This document shows positions 25,547-32,000 of a stretch of 32,000 nucleotides of DNA, piece after piece. Each line of letters opens with the position of its first letter. Position 1 is the stretch's first letter. The notes beneath the pieces were generated by a model. The model had not been told where the DNA came from. It searched no databases and saw nothing but the letters and a program-made list of their open reading frames with translations. The DNA is from Geotalea daltonii FRC-32 (GTDB lineage: Bacteria > Desulfobacterota > Desulfuromonadia > Geobacterales > Geobacteraceae). The stretch lies in contig NC_011979.1 of NCBI RefSeq assembly GCF_000022265.1, positions 2,250,001 to 2,282,000 on the forward strand. The letters run 5' to 3'. The translations under genes and the position numbers were made by a program.

Positions 25547-25921
25547 ATGGCAAATCCGTTTGTGCATGTGGAACTCATGACCACTGATGTGGCTAAGGCA
25601 AAGGAATTTTATAACGGACTGTTCGATTGGCAATTGGAAGATATCCCGAAGATGGATTACACCTTGATCAAGGTCGGTGAAGGGACGGGTGGCGGCATGA
25701 TGAAAACAGTCCAGCCAGATTTACCGTCCCACTGGATAGCCTACGTGCAGGTAGAGGATGCGGCCGCTGCCACCGAAAAAGCCCGGAAACTTGGGGCGAC
25801 GATTTGCAAGGAAGTGACCCAAATTTCCGGTGGCTGGTTCAGTGTCATCACCGATCCGACTGGGGCAACACTGGGGATATGGCAGATGAACCCTGCTGCC
25901 TGTCAAAAGCCTGCGGCCTGA
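25547..25921 (+). CDS. VOC (glyoxalase/bleomycin-resistance/dioxygenase) family protein
   Basis: 124 aa. The pattern MANPFVHVELMTTDVAKAKEFY..GGMM..HWIAYVQVEDAAAATEKARKLGA..DPTGATLGIWQ is typical of small VOC proteins. AAGGAGAG RBS. Confidence 0.8.
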   Translation: MANPFVHVELMTTDVAKAKEFYNGLFDWQLEDIPKMDYTLIKVGEGTGGGMMKTVQPDLPSHWIAYVQVEDAAAATEKARKLGATICKEVTQISGGWFSVITDPTGATLGIWQMNPAACQKPAA

Positions 25922-26142
25922 GCTGAGGTTTGTCTTTTTGAGATCACTTGCAAAAGAAGTTGAACATTCTCGAATTAGGACAAAGGTTAAATTGTCGAAA
26001 AATCAATGGGGAGGGGGCAGCCCTTGAAAGTGAGACTGTGCAGGAGAAGCAAAAACAGAAATTGAAGCTGGAGAATAAGTATATCCAGTTAGCAAACATT
26101 GGAATGCTTCTGCAGGTGGCGAGTAAAATTGGGAGGCGAAAC

Positions 26143-26613
26143 ATGGAACCTAGAATAGAAATACTAGAACCTAAAAAACTCATTGGGATTCACAAGAAAA
26201 TGTCTCTATCAAACAATAAAACTGCCGAACTGTGGCGAGAATTCATGCCAAGACGAATGGAAGTAAAAGACAGATCAACAACAGATTATATTTCAATGCA
26301 GAAGTATGATAACTGCTGGACTTTTTCTCCGGACGCGGTGTTTGAAAAATGGGCAACAGTTGAGGTCTCTTCCCTTGAGGAGATCCCTACGAGTATGGAG
26401 ACATATTTACTGCAAGGTGGGAAATATGCGGTGTTTACCCATCACGGTCCCGCGAGTGCTGCGGCCGGAACTTTTCAATACATTCTTGGCGAATGGCTGC
26501 CGAAATCATCATACAACTTAGATGATAGAGAACACTTCGAAGTTCTGCCTGAAGGCTATAATCCAATAGATCCGGAAGCCAAAGAAGAAATATGGGTTCC
26601 GATAACAGGCTGA
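26143..26613 (+). CDS. GyrI-like small-molecule-binding (AraC effector-binding-like) domain protein
   Basis: The pattern IEILEPKKLIGIHKKMS..ELWREFMP..GGKYAVFTHHGP..FQYILGEWLPKS..REHFEVL is typical of GyrI-like proteins. ATG 26143 lies 6 nt after GGGAGG. The track TTG start at 25948 is rejected. Confidence 0.75.
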   Translation: MEPRIEILEPKKLIGIHKKMSLSNNKTAELWREFMPRRMEVKDRSTTDYISMQKYDNCWTFSPDAVFEKWATVEVSSLEEIPTSMETYLLQGGKYAVFTHHGPASAAAGTFQYILGEWLPKSSYNLDDREHFEVLPEGYNPIDPEAKEEIWVPITG

Positions 26614-26635
26614 AGTTTAGGTGCAGAGGAGCATC

Positions 26636-27340
26636 ATGGAGAATCAGGGCATTTCCTGGCAGTATGACGAATTCAAGCAAATAGGCACCGATTACAGCAG
26701 CAAGACGGAAGTAGATAAGTACGACTCGAGCCATGCCGATTTTCGCGACATTAAGGCCGAAAGCATAAAAGTACTGGATCTGCTTGAAGTTACGAAGGAA
26801 CATACGCTTATCGATTTTGGGTCGGGCACCGGTACTTTCGCCATTGAAGCGGCCCTGCGCTGTGCCAGGGTACATGCTGTCGATGTCTCGCGAGAAATGA
26901 TCGACTGCGCTGCGACCAAGGCAATGAAGGCTGGAGTGACCAACCTTCATTTTCATCATGCCGGCTTCCTGACATACCGGCATCAAGTTGCTCCAGTTGA
27001 TGCAGTGGTGACGACCTTCGCCTTTCATCATCTGCCTGATTTCTGGAAAGGGATTGCACTGAAGCGGGTGAATGCCGTGCTGAAGCCCAGCGGGAAGTTT
27101 TATATCCATGATGTGATCATCGAGGAAAACCAGGCGCTGAAGAACATTGCTGCATTGATCCAGAAGCTCGGGAAAGCTGGTGGCAAGCTGATGCGAGAGG
27201 ATGCGGAGAGGCATTTCAAGGATGAATATTCGACCTATGACTGGGTGATGGACGGTCTCCTGGCTCGTGCAGGCTTTACCATCAGGGTCAAACGCATTGA
27301 GGACGGGGTGCTTGGGACCTACATCTGCACCAGGAATTAG
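26636..27340 (+). CDS. Class I SAM-dependent methyltransferase
   Basis: Motif I LIDFGSGTGTFAIEAA and post-I VHAVDVS. ATG 26636 follows AGAGGAG. Confidence 0.8.
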   Translation: MENQGISWQYDEFKQIGTDYSSKTEVDKYDSSHADFRDIKAESIKVLDLLEVTKEHTLIDFGSGTGTFAIEAALRCARVHAVDVSREMIDCAATKAMKAGVTNLHFHHAGFLTYRHQVAPVDAVVTTFAFHHLPDFWKGIALKRVNAVLKPSGKFYIHDVIIEENQALKNIAALIQKLGKAGGKLMREDAERHFKDEYSTYDWVMDGLLARAGFTIRVKRIEDGVLGTYICTRN

Positions 27341-27352
27341 CTTGAGGTAAAC
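27306..27352 (+). repeat. Direct repeat copy 1, the functional 3-prime end of the methyltransferase gene
   Basis: 41/47 identical to 28098-28144 by my position-by-position alignment. It encodes ..VLGTYICTRN-stop. Confidence 0.8.
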
Positions 27353-27357
27353 AATCA

Positions 27358-27615
27358 ATGGCAATTGAACTCAGCAAACAGGAAGTCGATGACATCGTCC
27401 ATTCTCTTCGCAAGTATTGCAAAGAAGAGCTGGAGCAGGAAATCAGCGGCATGCAGGCGAAGTTTCTTCTTGACTATATCATGAAGGAGATCGCTCCTTT
27501 CGCCTATAACAAAGGCATCAAAGACGCCGAAGCGTATTTCCAGGCAAAGGTTGAAGACCTGCCGGGCATCTGTTTTGAGGAGGGAATGACGTATTGGCAC
27601 AAGAAGCGAAAATAA
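27358..27615 (+). CDS. DUF2164-family protein
   Basis: 85 aa. MAIELSKQEVDDIVHSLRKYCKEELEQEISGMQAKFLLDYIMKEIAPFAYNKGIKDAEAYF matches my recollection of the DUF2164 family. Confidence 0.7.
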   Translation: MAIELSKQEVDDIVHSLRKYCKEELEQEISGMQAKFLLDYIMKEIAPFAYNKGIKDAEAYFQAKVEDLPGICFEEGMTYWHKKRK

Positions 27616-27719
27616 CAATGCTGCAAGGGTATCAGGTCAAACATTGACAATATCGAATCTGTTAATGTCTAGACATGACACTATGAATTCTTGGTAGTTA
27701 CACACATTGAGGAGGTTAA

Positions 27720-28097
27720 ATGAAACACGTTTTTGCTGTCTTTGCCATCTTTGCTCTTACAGGCTGTGCTTCGTTGCAGTCGGTCCCCACCGAAGCGATA
27801 ACCAGGTTGCCGGTTGTCCGAGTCGGTAGTCAACCACCGGAAACCATGGAATATGTCACGTTCTACCCGGCAGGCTTTGCGTTTCCGGTAAAACTCAACG
27901 CAACAGGCTCGCTGTTTGCGTCTGCGAGCCGGGTTGAGTCCCAGGCAATCCTCGCCAAAGACTTGTACCTGTATAAGTATTGGGCGAGCCACGATGGGAA
28001 AACATGGGAAAACTCGCACAAATTGATCGGGGTGGAGTTCGGCGGCGGCTTTGATGTGAAGGGACTTCAGGCAAACATAAAGCTGGAGGCGAAGTAA
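27720..28097 (+). CDS. Hypothetical lipoprotein (125 aa)
   Basis: Lipobox FALTGC after a positively charged N-terminus. Strong GAGGAGG RBS. No family recognised. Confidence 0.65.
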   Translation: MKHVFAVFAIFALTGCASLQSVPTEAITRLPVVRVGSQPPETMEYVTFYPAGFAFPVKLNATGSLFASASRVESQAILAKDLYLYKYWASHDGKTWENSHKLIGVEFGGGFDVKGLQANIKLEAK

Positions 28098-28144
28098 AGG
28101 GTACTGGTGACCTATATCTGCACCAGGAAATAGCTTGAGGAAAA
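28098..28144 (+). repeat. Direct repeat copy 2, an orphan relic of a methyltransferase 3-prime end
   Basis: GGGTACTGGTGACCTATATCTGCACCAGGAAATAGCTTGAGGAAAAC would read VLVTYICTRK-stop, but it has no gene body upstream (the lipoprotein stop is at 28095-28097). Confidence 0.75.
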
Positions 28145-28170
28145 CTGAAATATTATTGCCGGAGGGATAG

Positions 28171-29085
28171 ATGAAAAGCTGTTGCAGATCCATAGTGCTT
28201 TGCTCTGTTTTTGCCATGGTGCTTACCGTTGCCCATGGGCACGCTGCCGACAGTTCTGCCAACGAAACGGCAAAGGAGTTGCTGACTCCGCCGACTGTGG
28301 CTGCCGGGGCGCATCCCTGGAGGTCGACGGCGAACCTGACCTGGCTTCCCGACAGCGACATCCGGAACAGTGGGGGAAAACTCGCCATGGAGGAGGTGGA
28401 GGCAACCTTCGGGAGGAGCTATTTTCTTACCCCCGACCTCACCGTCTCCACGGAAGCGGCCTATTCACTGAGAAACCTCGATGGGCCTGCCGGTGCACTC
28501 CTTCCCGAAGAATTGCATACCTTCTCGGTGAAGCTGGAGGCCGATTATCATTGGAAGCCGGATATTACCCTGACATTCCTGGTGGCGCCGGGACTCAACG
28601 GCGACTTCAGGGAGATCGGCACCGACGATATCCGCACCCAGATGGGGGTGCTGGGGCGCTACAATCTGTCGGAAAAATTGATCCTGCTGGCGGGACTGAT
28701 ATACCAGCAGGGCTACGAGAAACTGCCGCTTCTTCCCGTTGCCGGCTTGATCTACCGGCCCAACGATCAATGGATGTTGAGCCTGGCCGCTCCCCGACCG
28801 GGAATTACCTTCAGCCCGAACCGTACCTCAAGCTATTACATCGGCGGCGAGATTTCCGGTACTGAGTATCAGCTGCACGATAAATCCATCGGGGCAGAGA
28901 AGGTACTGTATCGTGACTTCAGAGCCTTTGCCGGGGCCGAATATCTTCTGTTCTCTGCCGTAAAAGTGAATCTTTCGGGCGGCTACGCCTTAAATCGAAA
29001 ATTCCTCTTCTATGACGGGGCTCGGGATGATCTGGCGATCGCGGACGGTCCCTTTGCCAGGGTCGGGGTAAGTCTGAACTGGTAG
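28171..29085 (+). CDS. Putative outer-membrane beta-barrel protein
   Basis: Signal peptide ..MVLTVAHGHA, alternating amphipathic strands, and a C-terminal ..VGVSLNW aromatic terminus. GGAGGG RBS. Confidence 0.5.
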   Translation: MKSCCRSIVLCSVFAMVLTVAHGHAADSSANETAKELLTPPTVAAGAHPWRSTANLTWLPDSDIRNSGGKLAMEEVEATFGRSYFLTPDLTVSTEAAYSLRNLDGPAGALLPEELHTFSVKLEADYHWKPDITLTFLVAPGLNGDFREIGTDDIRTQMGVLGRYNLSEKLILLAGLIYQQGYEKLPLLPVAGLIYRPNDQWMLSLAAPRPGITFSPNRTSSYYIGGEISGTEYQLHDKSIGAEKVLYRDFRAFAGAEYLLFSAVKVNLSGGYALNRKFLFYDGARDDLAIADGPFARVGVSLNW

Positions 29086-29173
29086 CAGGCGTGGAAGACG
29101 ATTACCGTCGAAGAGAAGCTGCGATATCAGCAAGGAATCTGTACAGGAACAAGCACCGGTAGAAGGAGATGCA

Positions 29174-29911
29174 ATGGCAACCGTTGCGGAACATTACGAA
29201 TATCTGTTGGCCGACTATTACTCATGGATGTTCGGAGACTTCGCCGGCAAAGTGGAAACTCACCACCGCTTTTTTTCCGTTAACCAGATTCAGCCGACCA
29301 AATCAGGGCTTGCCATGGATCTGGGCGCCGGTCCGGGATTCCAGTCCATCCCCCTGGCGCAGCTGGGTTTCCGGGTGCTGGCCGTGGATCTCAGCCTCAG
29401 GCTGTTGGAAGAGCTGCATTGCAGGTGCGGCAACCTCCCCATTACCCCCATCCATGGCGATTTGATGGATTTCGCAGCCTGGGGCGAAGCACCCATAGAG
29501 TTGTGCGTCTGCATGGGGGATACCCTGCCGCATCTGCCCGACTTTGAGAGTGTAACGCTTCTCCTGGAGCAGGTTTACCGATCCCTCGAACCGGGAGGGC
29601 GATTGGTGCTCTCCTTTCGCGACCTGAGCCTTGAGTTGCACGGCACCGACCGCTTCATACCAGTGCGCAGCGATGCGGATACGGTCTTTACCTGTTTTCT
29701 CGAATACGAATCCCATTATGTCACAGTCCACGATCTGCTCTATACCCTCAAGGAAGCCTGGGAGCTGCGCAAGAGCACGTACAGAAAAATACGGATATCG
29801 CCGGCATGGATTGTTGAACAGCTTGAAAAGGCGGGTTTTTTAATGGAAATGGCTGAAAATATGAACGGCATGATCACCGTAATCGCCCGAAAGCCTGTAG
29901 TCAGCCGATGA
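29174..29911 (+). CDS. Class I SAM-dependent methyltransferase
   Basis: Motif I AMDLGAGPGFQSIPLA, post-I VLAVDLS, and LEPGGRLVLS. GAAGGAGA RBS. Confidence 0.8.
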   Translation: MATVAEHYEYLLADYYSWMFGDFAGKVETHHRFFSVNQIQPTKSGLAMDLGAGPGFQSIPLAQLGFRVLAVDLSLRLLEELHCRCGNLPITPIHGDLMDFAAWGEAPIELCVCMGDTLPHLPDFESVTLLLEQVYRSLEPGGRLVLSFRDLSLELHGTDRFIPVRSDADTVFTCFLEYESHYVTVHDLLYTLKEAWELRKSTYRKIRISPAWIVEQLEKAGFLMEMAENMNGMITVIARKPVVSR

Positions 29912-30151
29912 TCCGCTGTGTTGCAAGGGACAAAATTCTCACTGTACAAAAGATACGGAGTGTTCACCCTGCTCCGCTATAAAACCATCGGAGAACTGTT
30001 GGTCAAGCTGTTTGAAACATTTGTTTTGCAGCATTCGGGAACCTTTTCCTTCCTGTTGCGTATATCCAGCTGGAACACGCAGCTTTCGGCCGGAACGGCA
30101 TGGGCGAAGGAATCATGAATGAGTCATCATGGATATGGTTGGGAAATTGGA

Positions 30152-31078
30152 ATGCGGGGGGCTTTTTTGAAAGCAATTTCAGTGCTGTTTCTACTTGTAA
30201 CCCTGCCAGGTTGTGGGGTATTACGGACAGGTGCTGCCTCATTGAAATCAACCGCGGATTTTATGCCGATGGAAGCGGATCGACGCGTTTTTGCCGAAGC
30301 CGGCGGAGAGGATGTGGCGGCGGTGGCCGCGCAACTGCTGCCGGAGGCGGTCGCCACGGTCGAAAAACAGCAGGGCCGGCCTTTTCCCAAGCCGGTGGAG
30401 GTTTATGTTACAAGGGATGAGGAGAGTTTTGCCGCGTTTACCGGCGTGGCGAAGCAGGTGCGGGGTGCCGTCATTCTCAAGCTGTTCCTGTCAGGTGGGC
30501 TGAGAAAGGAGCCTGAGCGGATCCGCAGGATTCTTGTACATGAGCTGTCCCATATGCACCTCTGGCAATATGTTGGACTGTACCCCTACAATGCAAATCT
30601 GCCGTCATGGTTTCAGGAGGGGCTGGCGGTGCTTGTTTCGGGTGGAGGGGGCGCCGAGCGGGTCAGCGAGGATGCTGCAGCCGCTGCCATTGCGGCCGGC
30701 AAGGCTGTTACGCCCGAGTCGACGGGAAGTTTCTTTTTCAAAAAGTCTGGCGCCTCGTACGGGCTGGAACCCCACATGTTCTACCGGCAGAGCGGAATGT
30801 TCGTCTCTTACCTGAAGAGTCTGGATGAGGAACGCTTCGCTGCTTTCATGTCGGACCTTGAAGGGGGGCGTACCTTCGAAGATGCCTTCAACGATGCTTT
30901 TCGAGGCAGCGTCGGTGAACTGTGGCAGGTTTTTGCGGCGCGATGCAAAACAGCCGCTGACTTACGGCACCGGATTTTCAGAAGAACCCAGTCGCCTCAA
31001 AAAGCATCGTCACCGGAAACTCCCGTTCGGGTGACCTCGGCAGCTTTTAAATGGGAAAGATATGTGACTGCAAAATGA
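30152..31078 (+). CDS. Lipoprotein with a Peptidase_MA_2-like zinc-metalloprotease motif
   Basis: Lipobox LVTLPGC. HExxH (ILVHELSHMHL) followed by WFQEGLAVL as the candidate third zinc ligand. ATG 30152 is chosen for the signal peptide. ATG 30119 is an alternative. Confidence 0.6.
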   Translation: MRGAFLKAISVLFLLVTLPGCGVLRTGAASLKSTADFMPMEADRRVFAEAGGEDVAAVAAQLLPEAVATVEKQQGRPFPKPVEVYVTRDEESFAAFTGVAKQVRGAVILKLFLSGGLRKEPERIRRILVHELSHMHLWQYVGLYPYNANLPSWFQEGLAVLVSGGGGAERVSEDAAAAAIAAGKAVTPESTGSFFFKKSGASYGLEPHMFYRQSGMFVSYLKSLDEERFAAFMSDLEGGRTFEDAFNDAFRGSVGELWQVFAARCKTAADLRHRIFRRTQSPQKASSPETPVRVTSAAFKWERYVTAK

Positions 31079-31323
31079 CTGTGACGGGCAGTTCTGGCGA
31101 AATATTGCATATTGTTTTGTTTCCGATCGGCATTTTCTTGATATATGTCCTGGCCAAATTAGTAGCGTTGGCACGAAAAGGATATAAAGGGGCGATTGTA
31201 TTGGGGGCACTTCTTGCCATTTTTGCCCCTGATCCGGTCTATGAAAAACAATGCAAACTAATCCGGAAAGCAAAGGCACAAGTTGAGTGCGCAGAGGAAT
31301 CCGGAGATCCGCCCTCTTCCTAG
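31075..31323 (+). CDS. Small hypothetical membrane protein (82 aa, 2 TM)
   Basis: ATGA overlap with the upstream stop (31076-31078). Two hydrophobic helices (ILHIVLFPIGIFLIYVLAKLVALA and AIVLGALLAIFAP). Confidence 0.35.
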   Translation: MTVTGSSGEILHIVLFPIGIFLIYVLAKLVALARKGYKGAIVLGALLAIFAPDPVYEKQCKLIRKAKAQVECAEESGDPPSS

Positions 31324-31486
31324 TGTCACGTGCGGTTAACTCTTTTTTGATAATTTCGGGTCTTTTGGCCCCCAGCTGTGTTGCGGCTTCTGGCCTTAGG
31401 CCAAGCCAGGCCTGCGTTGCCGCGCCTTGCCGGGAACCAAATCCCTCGAAATTCTTGCAGGGAACTAATCTGCACGGGACACTAGG
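31319..31486. repeat. ~170-bp imperfect palindromic MITE-like / structured intergenic element
   Basis: The ends CCTAGTGTCACGTGCGG (31319-31335) and CTGCACGGGACACTAGG (31470-31486) are inverted repeats (15/17). Interior halves are also partially self-complementary, for example AATTTCGGG with CCCTCGAAATT. Confidence 0.5.
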
Positions 31487-31498
31487 GGTGAAACAGTA

Positions 31499-32000
31499 AT
31501 GCGGAAAATGCAAAAGGCAAAGTCAGTCAAAAAGTGTTTCCTGTTTGGATTCGGAACGCTTATCGCACTTATGACCATTGTTGTAGGAATCGCCATGATC
31601 TCCTCGGGCTCGGAAACAATGAAAATGACGCCGTATCATCCTTTTCGCTCAGCAAAAGCGAAAGAGCAATATCTGAAGGTATATGATCTGAAGGCCGGTA
31701 ACTGGCCGGTTCCTTCGGAATCGAGGCTGGTGAGCACTTCTTTCGGAGAAACCTTTGTAAGAATCAGCGGACCGGCGGAGGCTCCACCGCTGGTTTTGCT
31801 GCATGGGATCAATGGAAATTCGCTGCAGTGGATAACGAACGTTGAAGCCTTATCGGCAAGATACAGAGTATTCGCGGTGGACAACATCTATGACTGTGGG
31901 AGAAGTGTCTATACGCGAGCCGTGAAAACACCGGATGATTATGTAGTCTGGCTTGATGAGTTGTTCGATGCACTTCAGCTTCGTAACGGTATCAATCTCA
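31499..32000 (+). CDS. Alpha/beta hydrolase with an N-terminal TM anchor, partial (continues beyond the window end)
   Basis: Absent from the ORF track because there is no stop. My translation reads MRKMQKAKSVKKCFLFGFGTLIALMTIVVG...ETFVRISGPAEAPPLVLLHGINGNSLQWITNVEALSARYRVFAVD, typical of the alpha/beta hydrolase fold. Confidence 0.7.
   Translation, partial: MRKMQKAKSVKKCFLFGFGTLIALMTIVVGIAMISSGSETMKMTPYHPFRSAKAKEQYLKVYDLKAGNWPVPSESRLVSTSFGETFVRISGPAEAPPLVLLHGINGNSLQWITNVEALSARYRVFAVDNIYDCGRSVYTRAVKTPDDYVVWLDELFDALQLRNGINL

Noticed and set aside
25948-26142. TTG-initiated 65-residue N-terminal extension of the GyrI-like ORF
   Set aside because: The extension is Lys/Gln-rich and low-complexity, covers the intergenic repeat C and lacks an RBS. 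ATG 26143 has a GGGAGG RBS and yields a standard-size GyrI-like domain.
25367-28170. Integron gene-cassette array, possibly with an IS1111-attC-type insertion
   Set aside because: Small co-directional accessory genes suggested cassettes. However, three gene junctions are only 17-22 bp with no room for attC. I found no RYYYAAC...GTTRRRY imperfect-palindrome sites in the longer spacers. No intI gene is present, and the IS has the IS110-type long 5-prime arm.
29912-30151. Sigma-54 promoter (TGGAAC..) and the 66-aa ORF 29918-30118 in the spacer before the metalloprotease-like gene
   Set aside because: The GG/GC elements do not have the required TGGCAC-N5-TTGC spacing. The ORF has no RBS and no recognisable features.
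31455-31498. GEMM-I (c-di-GMP/cGAMP) riboswitch suggested by GCACGGGACAC upstream of the hydrolase gene
   Set aside because: It resembles the GEMM P1 region (CGCACAGGGCAAACC) only superficially. No GNRA tetraloop/receptor pair and no second stem are present, and the sequence is better explained as the terminus of the palindromic repeat element.

Overview
This is a chromosomal segment from a moderately GC-rich Gram-negative bacterium. Gene content (DUF4388-HDOD protein, DUF3365 c-heme protein, long MCP, GC-rich palindromic intergenic elements) suggests Geobacter/Desulfuromonadales, but that is inference only. All family assignments below come from motif recognition and recall, not searches.

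Layout:
- 1-4012 (minus strand): a pstSCAB phosphate-uptake operon plus a psiE-like gene. pstS and psiE share a Pho-box-like promoter motif.
- 4.1-9.1 kb: signalling genes, namely DUF502, DUF4388-HDOD, a very long (about 64-heptad) MCP and a periplasmic DUF3365 c-type heme protein.
- 9.4-18.8 kb (plus strand): the most interesting locus. It is a chain of overlapping genes: TetR, two paralogous ABC1/UbiB atypical kinases, an ABC ATPase and an 851-aa double-FtsX permease. These are followed by a small membrane protein, a LolA-like periplasmic protein and a putative OM beta-barrel. I read this as a candidate trans-envelope hydrophobic-molecule trafficking system. Hydrolase and flavoprotein-like genes follow it.
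- 21.3-22.8 kb: a long structured leader and a double retropepsin-PDZ lipoprotein.
- About 22.8-28.15 kb: a lower-GC accessory islet with SDR, an IS110-family element carrying a candidate 5-prime bridge RNA, VOC, GyrI-like, methyltransferase, DUF2164 and a lipoprotein. It carries recurring intergenic repeats and a 47-bp direct repeat that duplicates a methyltransferase 3-prime end.
- 28.2-32 kb: envelope and hydrolase genes and a 170-bp palindromic MITE-like element.

No rRNA, tRNA or CRISPR array was seen.
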